From contig CM120640.1 of assembly GCA_051362555.1 (NCBI GenBank), positions 2,852,001 through 2,916,000 of the forward strand: a stretch of DNA of 64,000 nucleotides, in the 5' to 3' direction. Origin of the DNA: Lingula anatina. Lineage: Eukaryota > Animalia > Brachiopoda. The translations under genes and the position numbers were made by a program. Below, one piece after another: positions 40,453-52,992 of this stretch. Numbering within the stretch: the stretch's first letter is position 1; every line of letters starts with the position of its first letter. The notes under the pieces are model-generated. The model did not search any database and was not told the DNA's origin. It saw only the letters and a program-made list of their open reading frames with translations.

Positions 40453-40458
40453 AATAAA
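40453..40458 (+). terminator. Candidate lin-7 polyadenylation signal
   Basis: AATAAA ~445 bp past the stop, followed by TGTGTTTTT. Confidence 0.45.
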
Positions 40459-40885
40459 AGATGTCACATAATTGAACCATGTGTTTTTATTAAGCAGAAG
40501 TCATTTCTACCATGAATATCAATGTTGGAAATGCCCAAATGTCAGAACAATTATTGTATACATTGCCAAATTTTTGTTTTAATAGCCTAAGGTTTATTAT
40601 CCTATCAAGTTCTAAGTAGACCATATGGTAGCTTCTTTTTAGCCTAACCATTTTTGTTCAATCTTGTGTGTTGCAATAACCCATTCTTCAATTTTAGCCA
40701 CTGGTCCTACACCCACGGCCAGTAGAACTTTGTTAGGACCTGTAGACTTCAGAATGTGTGAATGTAATGGTACAACATTGCCCTTATTTTTTTTCCTGAA
40801 AGGGATAACAACTATTTGTATCAGATTCAGACTCATGGAAATGTTACACATTCTAATTTACCACCAAAACAGCTGTCATTGCAAC

Positions 40886-42857
40886 TATTCTGGAATCTGC
40901 TTGCCATCAGATCACATGGACCTTCATAGATGGCTATACCTCTGTAATGATGTCTTGAGATATTATAAAAAAACTTTTTAGAAAAAAACATGGGCCAACT
41001 TTGAATGTCGAAATGGATTCATTAACCATTGGTAAGTATGGAAAAATTGTATTTTGCCCTAGGAAAATCTGTACTTTGGCTAAAACTACCAATTGTTATA
41101 CCTGTAAGTTTTCAAAAAAACTTGCTTTGATTTTATTTTTTTTTCTCTGAAAAGTAACTGTTACATGTTGATTCATAATGAATAACGTTTGAAAAATCAG
41201 GTCTTGTTATAAATAATATTAATGTAGTGCAGGGGAAATGTCCAGTCTTGAAATTTCTATTCAGACCAGTGAATCCTGATTTGGACCTAGTCCAGTGGAT
41301 TTTGGGAAAGTATTGGTTCAAATTGCAGTAAACTGAAAAGTTTGTGGCACAGACGGGTAACCCCATTATTTTACTGTCACTTACATACATTTACCAAGTT
41401 TTTGAATTGAAAATTGGACACCACTTGAGTCTATACAAACAGTTGTTATGTATATGCCAATCCTCCTTTCCTGAAACAAGCAATGTGTCATCTCATTAAA
41501 ATTTTTACTTATTAGCAGTTTTATCTTGAATAATCACATGTCATTAAGCTGATCTTGTTCTTGGATTTGGTTCCTGTAACTTATTTTCCACATAATAAGT
41601 GGACTAAGGTACACTCAATGACCAATAACACTGCCAAGGCCAAGTTCGGCCTACCAAAATGGCAGGCCAAAATATAAAGATCCTTAAAATTAAATCCTAT
41701 AAATCATAATAATAACCAATATATGAATATGCATGTGGCCCTCCTTTCTAATTTTTTTTTTTCAAAATGAAAAAATAAAATGCCCTGAAAATACGTTTGA
41801 CTAAAGTCAAGTGCAAACCTAGAATGCATACCAACTTAAAGTTTATTGCTGGACATACCTGGGTTTGTTATTATTCTCTTTAACTTTGGCCTTTTCAGTT
41901 TTCCAAAGGTTACTAATTCTCCATCTTTTCCAAAAAGTTTGGCTTTCCAGAAAAAAATCGAGAGCTCCTTTCAATTTTTCAGGCCTTATATCTCCAAAGG
42001 AAAACCATATTATTTTTTGTTTCTGAGTCTTGATAAATATTCAGGTCAACATGGGGAATGAGAAATATTCCATTAATTTTTCTTTATTTATAGAGCTGTG
42101 GAGAAAAAAACAACAATAAATTTTGTCAAATTATATCCAAATGAATAAAAAATGAGTTTATTATTCTGGAATCTGCTTGCCATCAGACCACATGGACCTT
42201 CATAGATGGCAATACCTCTGGAATGATTTCTTGAGAGATTATAAAACACTTTTAGTAAAAACTAAGGACCAACTTTGAATGTCAGAATGGATTCATTAAC
42301 CATTGATAAGTATGGAAAAATTGTAGTTTGACCCATAAAAATCTTTTTTTTTTTTTTTTTGCTTTGACTAACAATTGTTATACCTTTAAGTTTTCAAAAG
42401 AACTTTTGATTTGATTTCATATTTTTTCTGAAAAGTAACTGTTACATGATGATTCTAAATGAAAAAAAAAGTTTGAAAAATCAGGGTCTTGTTATTAATA
42501 ATATTAATGCAGTACAGGGGAAATGTCCAGTCTTGAAACTTTTTTCTGACCAGTGAATACTGATATGGACGTGGTCAAGTGGATTTTGGGAAAGTGGTGG
42601 TCCAAATGACAGTAAACCGAAAAGCTTGTGGCACAGACGGGTAACCCCATTATTTTTCTATCACCTACATACATTTGCCAAGTTTTTGAATTGAAAATTG
42701 GACACCAACTGTATCTATAGGTGCCAATCCCCCTTTCCTGAAACAAGCAATGTGTCATCTCATTAAAAGATTTACTTATTAGCAGTTTTTTCTTGAATAT
42801 GTACACACCATAAATTGATCTTGTTCTTGGATTTGGTTCCTGCAACTTAATTTTCAC
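40886..42857. repeat. Two ~700-bp direct repeats (40886-41590 and 42162-42857) between the convergent lin-7 and ATP13A 3' ends
   Basis: Both start TATTCTGGAATCTGCTTGCCATCAGA.CACATGGACC and end GATCTTGTTCTTGGATTTGGTTCCTG.AACTTA; related inverted copy at ~18530-18910. Confidence 0.9.
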
Positions 42858-43255
42858 ACTGGACTAACTTTAAATATTAAAAAGGTGCACGAAAAAATTC
42901 TTTTACAGAAGGTTTTAAATTTTATTTTTTAGCCCAGGGTTTATTTATCCTCCTTTAAATTCTGAATACACCATTTTGTTACATCTTTTTGGCCCAACCA
43001 CACCTTGTTCCATCTTGTTTTTTTAATGTAATCCTATTATTTTACTGAGCAGCATTAAAACATAAAGTGTCATCTTACTGAAAATTTTACTTACAAACAG
43101 GTCCAGTAAATCTTGTTCTTAGAGTAAAAACCTATTTTTCACACCACAAGTAGACTAAGGTAATGCCCAATGTACAATAAAACATCGAAGTTCTCAGAAA
43201 GTTAATGCACCTGTTTCCCTTTTTTTCTACTGCTTTAATTAGCACTGTTATTTGC

Positions 43256-43286
<31 letters not shown>

Positions 43287-43408
43287 CAGTACACAGGCAG
43301 GAGAACTTCATGTTTTTAATGTCTTGAACATCTGTCAATGTTCAACATGCTGGGGTCATGTTTGGTCCTTTCCATGAACTGTAACTATACATCGGCATCA
43401 TGGTCCAT

Positions 43409-43555
43409 TTAGCCTGCAAAAGTCACCTCTCCTACAGGAGGCCAAGACTGTACATTAGCCATTTCCTTCTCCAATACCTTGTGCTTACTCCTGGGTTCTT
43501 TAGAGCACAGGCATTTCTTTATCTTTGATGGGAGATTTCTATCCACTATAAAACT
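43409..43555 (-). CDS. ATP13A3: ATP13A last exon
   Basis: [51 protein letters not shown] stop. Confidence 0.85.
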   Translation of the reverse strand, partial: SFIVDRNLPSKIKKCLCSKEPRSKHKVLEKEMANVQSWPPVGEVTFAG

Positions 43556-46500
43556 CTGGAAGATGAAATCATGGAACCAGAATATGAAATAATCTAAGAT
43601 AATGAGCTAAAATCCACTTCTAAAGACAAAATGCATTATACATTACTGATCAATTTTAGACTATCATTTTTACATCCTTATTCATCTCCAATAATAAGAA
43701 TAAAAGATCACTGCATGTTGTTTCTGCTAGCAATTCCTATACTTATTCTAAAAATTGAAGCTAACAAAGTAACAAAATTAACCTTAAACAGGGATTTTAC
43801 TGAACTTTAACAAAACAACTGAATAACTACAATGCTGGTGATTGGGCAGGTTAGACAGTCAAGGTTTTGTGTTTTGGTTCCATATTTAAGATTTTGCAGC
43901 AAGTGGCAATAAGAATAATGTACATTACCTCAATGGACATTGCCACGACAAAATGAATAGTTAGCATCAAAAGTATAGTCATCTTAAACCCATTGTACTC
44001 TGAGGATATCAATTTGAACTGAAAAGAAAAGAACAAAAGACACATACCTGATAAATGGCAAAAAATTATGACCTGAGTAATATAATAACTCTAATAATAT
44101 TGTTTCAAATACTAAAAAAAATAGCACATGGTATATAGAGTAGATAAGCAAGAAAGGTATCAAAATTGCAAGGTTAGTGATTGCTTAATTAATCTGTACA
44201 CTTGAGAGCTAAGGTACAGAAAGCTTTAAATGGTAAATTATTGAAAATGTGCAGTGTACATTTCTTTTACCTCAAAGAATTTGGATAAGGTTGGTGAAAA
44301 CTGGAACCACAGAAATGCCGTAAACATGGAGAGCAAGACGACGGCTATCAGAAACAGCACTGGAAGACAGGGTGATTTAACATGTAAAAATATCTGCCTG
44401 AGAGAGAATGGTGAAATTCTACAACAATTTTACAATCATTATGAAGTACTATTCATTTGTTCTAATGTAATATAAGTCAACCCCCAAAAATTACATTTCA
44501 TCTTGAACTTTTGGCAAGCACTGCAGTATGACCTATATAAGTTATCGTTTCACTATAAGTACTATAACTCACCATTTGTCCATATTCTCTTTCTGTAGGG
44601 AGGACCCTTGGAGAAGGCAACAGAAAGGATAAGGTACTGGTAGCTTCCCACTATGAACAAAGTGGTGGTTTCTGGGCATACCTGGTTATTTTGATTCAAT
44701 ACAGGTCGCAGTTTTTCCTTCCTGTGTGATAGAAAAACAAGACCAAATCTGCAAGTCTACCCTACAATACAGTGCTGTCACAAAATATCATTTTTTTATG
44801 TAAGATTAAAATATATAGTGATAATTAAAATAAACTGCATATGCCATTTAATTCAACAAAGAATCTAATAATTTTGTTTTATCTAATTTGTATTATCAAC
44901 ATTTTAAAATCTTAATATCTTAACAACCTATTTATTTATTGACTTTATTCATCTTATTCTGTTCATTTTACCCATGTAAAGTCTACTGAACATTTTACAT
45001 GGATTTTAGACTATAAATAATAATAATAACTAGAGGATCAGAGAGGCGATACCGCCTCCGAATATTGTACCACCAGCTGGAGCAAGCGCATTCGTATAGA
45101 CCCCCACATACACAAAATAAGGGACACAGCCACCAGTTTTGTGCTTGACAAGCTGTAAAAATGCAATCAACAAGAATTTTTAAACTATTGCAAAATATAT
45201 ATATGGTACAATCAAATTTAAGTTCTTCGTAAGGTAGGTCAAGGGTCAATTTCAAGGTCACACTTAGATTGCCAGTATAGGACTTCCTATTCAAGTTCAA
45301 TAGTAACTATGGACCTATCTCTGCCAGTTTTGGAGATAAAAGGGAAACAAAATTTGCAAAGTTCAGTTCATGGTGAAAAGTAGGTCAAAGGTCAATTTCA
45401 AGGTCACATTTAGATTGCCAGTATATGACTTTCTATTCAAGTTCAATAGTAACTATGGACCTATCTCTGCCAGTTTTGGAGATAAAAGGAAAGCAAAATT
45501 TGCAAACTTCAGTTCATGGTGAAAAGTAGGTCAAAGGTCAATTTTAAGATCACATTTAGATTGCCAGTATATGACTTCCTATTCAAGTTCAATAGTAACT
45601 ATGGACCTATCTCTGCCAGTTTTGGAGATAAAAGGGAAGCAAAATTTGCAAAGTTCAGTTCATGGTGAAAAGTAGGTCAAAGGTCAATTTCAAGGTCACA
45701 GAAAGATTGCCAGTATATGACTTCCTTTTCAAGTTCAATAGTAACTATGGACCTATTTCTGCCAGTTTTGGAGATAAAAGGAAAGCAAAATTTGCAAAGT
45801 TCAGTTCATGGTGAAAAGTAGGTCAAAGGTCAATTTCAAGGTCACATTTAGATTGCCAGTATATGACTTTCTATTCAAGTTCAATAGTAACTATGGACCT
45901 ATTTCTGCCAGTTTTGGAGATAAAAGGAAAGCAAAATTTGCAAAGTTCAGTTCATGGTGAAAAGTAGGTCAAAGGTCAATTTTAAGATCACATTTAGATT
46001 GCCAGTATATGACTTCCTATTCAAGTTCAATAGTAACTATGGACCTATCTCTACCAGTTTTGGAGATAAAAGGGAAGCAAAATTTGCAAAGTTCAGTTCA
46101 TGGTGAAAAGTAGGTCAAAGGTCAATTTCAAGGTCACAGTAAGATTGCCAGTATATGACTTCCTATTCAACTTCAATAGTAACTATGGACCTATTTCTGC
46201 CAGTTTTTGAGATATAAGGGACTTAATGTTATAATTTTGGAGTTACCATAATGTGCCTTAAATTTCGTACAGTAAAAATTAATTAAAATAAAGAAAATGT
46301 CATTTTGGTCAAAATTCTTGAAATAGGAGGTGCTCTGAAGTTCCAGAAGTTCAAATTTGATGAAATAATGTCATTTTTGAACACAAGTTGTCTGCTTTGC
46401 CAAGCCTTATGTTTTATTTTTCCAGAGTTCAAAATTTATTATCCATTACCGTACTGCACATTTTGCTTTTACCACCAATATGTACTTTTTGATACAGCGT

Positions 46501-49500
46501 AACTCGAAAACCGTATGGAATACAAAAAAAACGAGACCACCTCCAGTGTTGGGCTTAACATGCTCTACAAAATGCAAAAAAGAATGGGTCTCTAGCATTA
46601 ATGGTTCCCGAATTAGAGACAGTTTTCAGTTTCCGTATCTTAAGGCCGCTACTCCCGTGAAAATGCACCGATTGACCCCAAATTCATGGAGATGAAAGAT
46701 GACCTGAAGGGTAACACTTTCCAATAATATTATTGGTTAAGTCTGTGTGGTGTCTGAATAACAGGGCAAAAAAATTTTTTTTCGTAAAAAATTTCATTTT
46801 TTTGAAAATTTTGGCCCATTTGACCTTGAAGTAAAGGTCAAAGGTCAAATCCAAGGGTATATTTGAAATCTACACATATGACTTTTGGAAAGCCGTCTAT
46901 AGAAATTTTTCCCATAACTCCTTCCGTAGGGTAGATGATAAGCATTTAATTTTGCCATTTTTAGACAAGGGTGCATTGCAATGAGTGCCACACCCAGACC
47001 CCAATACCCACAAAGCCCAAATTTTACGTGGAACGAGTTGAGATTATAGGTGACCTAAATCCATGAGATGGGTACGGGGGCCCTTACCGTCTAGGAGGAG
47101 AAGCGGTAACGGTAGCCGTCCGGCGGAGCCGGCGGAGCCGGCGGAGCTGGCGGAACGATCCGGACGGGACCGAAACCATGTGTACCGCCAGCGCTAACGC
47201 TGGTGGTACAATTATTATTATTATTTATATCATAACTGAATTTATAACTGAATTTTCCATATAGCATTATTAATATCATAACTGAAGTCATAACTTACGA
47301 GTACCAGGGCTGGGATGTTAGATAGTAATATGCACTGATTTGTACCACAATGACCACAAATGTCTGTGACAATATGGAGAACAGATTGGACACACTGACC
47401 AGACTGCCCCGTGGTGGATGGGGCACCAGCTTGTGATAGGCACTGGTGTGTCCCACTGGAAAAAATGAACAAAAATGCAGTGATGATGCAATCTCTTCAT
47501 TGGGCAAAAATTATCAAACTTTCAGATACGTGATTTTAAAATCACAAAACTATATTTCCATGAAGCATTTGTGGTGCTTTTACTGAATATAGAAGAGAAC
47601 TATAGAGTAGCATGCTTTTTAATTTTATTGCTACTTACTATAAATAGGAATGTTCTGACTTAAAGAAATTATGACTTAACAAAATACTATATCTGTAAAA
47701 TTTTCTCCCATTGAAAAGAAAGTGTAATTATCATATGTCACAGAGTGAGGTCATCATGTGGTAGATATTGGCTATATATCTGTATATATCATGTGGAAAA
47801 TTATACCAAAGGCTGTACAATATTATATAAATTTTCAATATTCGATGTCAAAAGAAAAATTTTAATTGAAATTCATGAACTTACTCAGAATGGCCACTGT
47901 TGTTGTAATCACCAGATCAATGTATAAGAACTGCATGTCTGACATGTTGGTCTCCAGCTATTAAAATAATATTTTTATGATATTCAAAGGCATAGAGGAC
48001 AAATAAATAGCACAAAACACTCCATTAAAACGGAATTTTATCACATCTCCATTAAGGCCTAGTGTAAAATTCACTGTTTTCATTAATTTTGAAGCAAAAA
48101 ATTCCTTCGTTTCTTTTACAACAACTAAAACAAAAACTCACATTTGGTCCACATAACTGCAGATAATGCGTCGTAAAGGTTCATATAATGGGTGCATATA
48201 TTTTCTTCATAATATGCAAAAAGCCTGTAACTTAATTTACCTTATTTACCAATTAACATAATTTTGATATCCCATGATTGTAAAAAACTTCAGCTATTTG
48301 CAAAAAATAGAATAGTAATTCCAATTGTGTATTTACCATATACAGTATCATCACCATCACAAATTGTATCCAATTGCCCAAAATTATGTAAAAATTTCCA
48401 AGTCAAGTTTTCTTTATTTTACCGTGTAGAGTATCATCACAGTCACAAACTGTATCATGCTGTATAGTGCCATGTACTTGAACACTCCAAATGAGGTCAC
48501 AAGGGCAGCCCGACCTTCTCTGAATAAGAACAGAAACTTCTAAATCAAAAACATTATTTTTAGATAAAGTTTTTTCATTATTGCTTTTACAAATGAAATG
48601 GTAATTTTTCAAAATGTGGCTATGATTTTAATCCAAAAAAATGGATCTTTATAGATTCCACCAGACATGTTGATTTGTGTACATTCTTGAAAACCTAATA
48701 TAAGAATATTACATTAGCTCAATACAGTCAGTTTGAGGTGAAAAAGAAACTTGAATTTCTTTTTAATATCTAATATTATTTATACATTGTATTTTTGAGT
48801 GGTGATATCGTATGCTTACTAGATCGAGTTACGGTGGGTAAGAATTAGAAATTGCAAATGTCTGTAACGCCTAGTAAAGCTGTTAGGGGGTAATCATCTT
48901 TACCCCCTTGCTGATTCGGTAGGCGTGGCAGACATTTGAGCCGGTTAGTTGACAGCAATTTAGTGAGACGTACTCCTCAGGGAGTTAGATCGATCCAGAC
49001 GGATTGATCTAAGTATGGGAACCCAGTCCTAGAGGTGAAGGGAGAGACTCACCTTATCACACTGGGCACACACTCAATGTTTGGTGTCTTAGAGGTGAAG
49101 GGAGAGACTTACCTTATCACAGTGGGCACACACTCAATGTTTGGTGTCTTAGAGGTGAAGGGAGAGACTTACCTTATCACAGTGGGCACACATTCAATGT
49201 TTGGTGTCTTAGAGGTGAAGGGAGAGGCCACAGAGGCTTCTGCTTCTGACAGGGAGATTCCAGCATGGGCAGTTTTTAAAGCCTTTAGAGAGATTAGAGA
49301 GATACAGTTATTTGAAAGTAACAATAACAATCACTGGCAACAAACATACACTAAGTATACTTAATATGAGGACTGGGGTAACACTTGAAGATTTTTTCTT
49401 TTGTTTTAGGAAAATGTATTATTTTCACAGCTTCAGTCAATAATGAATTAACAACCGTTTTTTTTTTTTTTTTTCATTTTTTACATGTTCAAAATTGCAA

Positions 49501-52500
49501 AATTTGATGCTGGTCTGTGTCTTCAATGGCAAATGTGACATATATACCAGTATCTATGTAACAACAAAAAATTAACACATTTATTGAAACTTTTTGACAA
49601 CAAAACACTCATTTTAATCAATAATTTATATCATATAATTTCTGCATTGAAAACTGGCATCAACTTATGTATGATCTTTTTGGTGTTTTTGAATACAATA
49701 CAGAAAAATGAATCCCACTAGAAGTACTTACCCCACAATCATTTGCCCCATCTCCACACATCCCAACAACATACCTGCCAAAATGGAGAGGGGAAACATC
49801 AACACTTCAACATGCAAAACATAAAGGTGAGACGAATATATACTTTGTGAAAATACTAATTTTACCAATAAACACAATCTGCCAAATACACTTTTCAAAG
49901 TTGAAGCTTTGTATTAGGCTGTGAGAGACCTGATTTGTACTTTGGTGGTTCAGAATAACAGAAAGTGGTTTCAATGATTTCATGCTAAAAATTGATATAA
50001 ATCATCATGAATACAAATACATATGCAAAGATTGTATACAAGCACTGTGTATATATCTGGAGTTGTTCAAGGTTGATCTAACATCTTTTAGTTCTCTAAT
50101 GTACAGTTCTTTATAGTAGTTCAGACTGTATAATTAATCTATAGAAAATTTCTTAGCTTAGCTTATAAGGCAGTTTGTAAAAGTGCAGTCATTTAGTTTA
50201 CTGAAACAATAAATGCTTTGAGGTGGTGGTGTAAGATTATCTTTCAGCTTTTGAAATTCTTTAGAGTGATGGCTGGTTGATCAAAGTTAATTTCAAGAAA
50301 AATTAACAGCAGAATGTTATCATGAACTAATAGTAAGAAATGTACATGTTTTCACAATTAAAATTGTATTTATTTATTTATTCATTTCTTCTGTTCCAAA
50401 ATCTTATATAAGGTTTGAACAACTGTTCTGACTGATATTTTCTCTTGGAATAGGGATTACTAACCCCAGGTCTTGCAAGTGTTCAATAAGATTTCCTTTC
50501 TGGTCGGGAGACATTCTGGCAAATATTGTACCTCTCACACAGATCTGAAATTTTTAAGGAACACAATGCTCAGGTTAATTTTGCCAGGAAATTACAATAA
50601 TTTTCACATAACATTATATCCCAATATATCCCCATAACACCCTTTCCAGGTATATCCAAGGACGTCGATTGACTTTCTTGGTATATCACATCCAAAACTT
50701 TTAATTGAACTTTGTTTTTTTTTTGTTTGTTTGTTTTTTAGTCACCCTTTTAACGAAAATTGAAACTGGTGAATTTCACGCATATGAAGAGAAATAAAAA
50801 GCTTGGAAATGTTTTAATGGTTTTGCAGTGATTATACCTTAACTTTTGTGTTATAGGGAAAATGGAAGCATTGGGTTGCCAGAATTCTTTTTAAAAATGG
50901 CTTTCAATGGGCAAAAATCATCAAACTTTCAAATACACAATTTTATAAACACGAAATTTTTATATTACATTTACAAAATACAAAACACTTTTAAAAAATA
51001 CAGTATCGATAAAACTAACAATTTCCCTCCACTGAAAATAACAAGTAATTAATGTAGTTTCAGGCATCCTATCGTGTTTGGAAGACAATACTAGTTTGTG
51101 AAAACCAAAATCATTTAGAAAAGCTGTTTTTGGTTGCCAGAATTGTTTTCTAAAAATGAAACTGACAAAATACTTCAGTGTCCTCCAATAATCAGAATAT
51201 ATTGACCCTTACATTAAATATAACAGTTATTGGTTTCCATAACATCTTTTCCTATTATTGCAGATGTTCATTGTTAATATACAGTAATGAACTTGCCAGG
51301 AAGAAATAGGTTTCTTAATATAACTACATGGTAATCCTACTTACTTATCTTACTTAACACAGATTATCATTTGTAACTTTTCACAGTTCCAGAATATTCT
51401 CAAACTCACTCTGTGTCTTATTGCAATGTGATTTTGTTCATCTATAATAAACCCATGTTTCTATTAATTAATAAAGAAATCAAAACTACTTCAATTACTA
51501 CATTTTTTGTGATTTTGTTCACAGCGGAGACATGTGCCATGAATTAGCCAGAGATATATCTGTAAATATCTAGTGAAAAATCAATCTGTGGCCCTGGTAG
51601 AGGGTATATTTCTATTAACCAAGAAATAAAAAGTATTTTCATTCCTACCTTTTTTTTTGTGATTTTGTTCATCTAAAAACCCACATTTCTATTACCAAAG
51701 AAATAAACAATATTCTAATAACTACATTTTTTGTGATTTTGTTCTCAGTGGGGAAATGTGTCATGAATTTGCAGATATTTAGTCACTTCTAATACATTCA
51801 GTAAATCTTTTTGATCAAAGGAAATTTCAGCTGTCCATTTTTTAATGATGAGTAATTTGAATGAAATACTCTTTAATTCCTAAGTGAAATCTCATGTTTT
51901 ATAATTACCTTAGGCAAAATGTCAGGAAAATGCACCCTGATTACACCAAATGAACCTCCATCAATGGCAAAGTGAAAATTGTCTGCCCTGCTCTCAATGT
52001 TCAGTGTACTATAGGGCTGAAAATGCCACAGTATCATACTTTACTTTAGTTTCTTAAAATATGTGGAAATTTTAATAAAACACCCAAAAAACTAGAGGGA
52101 AATTTCCATGCTTAAATGATGGTCATATACCAAGAATGACATGAAAACAGTACTTTGGGTGAATGATCCTAAGTAAGCCAAAAATAACATTATTTCTTTT
52201 AAATGCAAGAAAATTAATAATACTTGTCAAAACCATAGTACCCTGGTCCACAGGATAATGTGCATTTTTTTAATAGGCTCTAAAAAATCTACATGCACCA
52301 TATCAATTTTACCTATCACCACACTCCACAGAACCAAGGTGCAGGCCACTATGGGGCATAACATGGATTTAAAGCTTCAACAAGTGTTTTAAAAAGTAGT
52401 TCTCTAACATACCTTATCTCTTTCCTCATGGCTGACCGTAAGTTCATTGTCCAGGTTGACCTCAGCATATTCCCAGTGGATGACTGCCTCACTGTTCTTG

Positions 52501-52961
52501 CTGGGAGGACTGGCTTTCACCATAATTACCTTCTCTTCCTCATCCACCATTGCACAATCCCTGGCAACACTTATGGCTGTGTGCATGTTGTCACCTGCAG
52601 TAAAAATTGCTTTTGCAGAAAATTTTGCATTTCAAATGTGATTCCATAAACTAGCCCCAGGCAATTACCCACCTGTAGAGACACTGGGCTAGTAAAGGGC
52701 TATCAGAATAAAGATTTTGGCACATACAGTCAATTTAATATATTAAATCATTGATAACATCATGATCACCAAAATATATAGGGACTGTGATATTGTTGGC
52801 GAAGTTTTCCTAAATACTTTACAGATAGTTTGTGCTTATATCCAAAGGGCACGTAATGATCGAAGTACATTCCTAACAGTCACATAATTTAAGATAATCT
52901 ATTACAGATTTTTCCACAAAATGCATTTTACTTGACAATGTGTGTGAATGTGTGTGTGTGT

Positions 52962-52992
<31 letters not shown>

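Noticed and set aside
40886-42857. Possible LTR pair
   Set aside because: No TG...CA termini, primer-binding site, polypurine tract or gag/pol remnant recognised
45230-46220. Regular repeats suggesting a CRISPR array (also 49030-49226 and 60951-61541)
   Set aside because: Units are near-identical over their whole length with no unique spacers, there are no cas genes, and the context is eukaryotic introns
49035-49364. 109-aa plus-strand ORF with 20-aa repeats
   Set aside because: Antisense reading of the ATP13A exon and its 60-bp duplications
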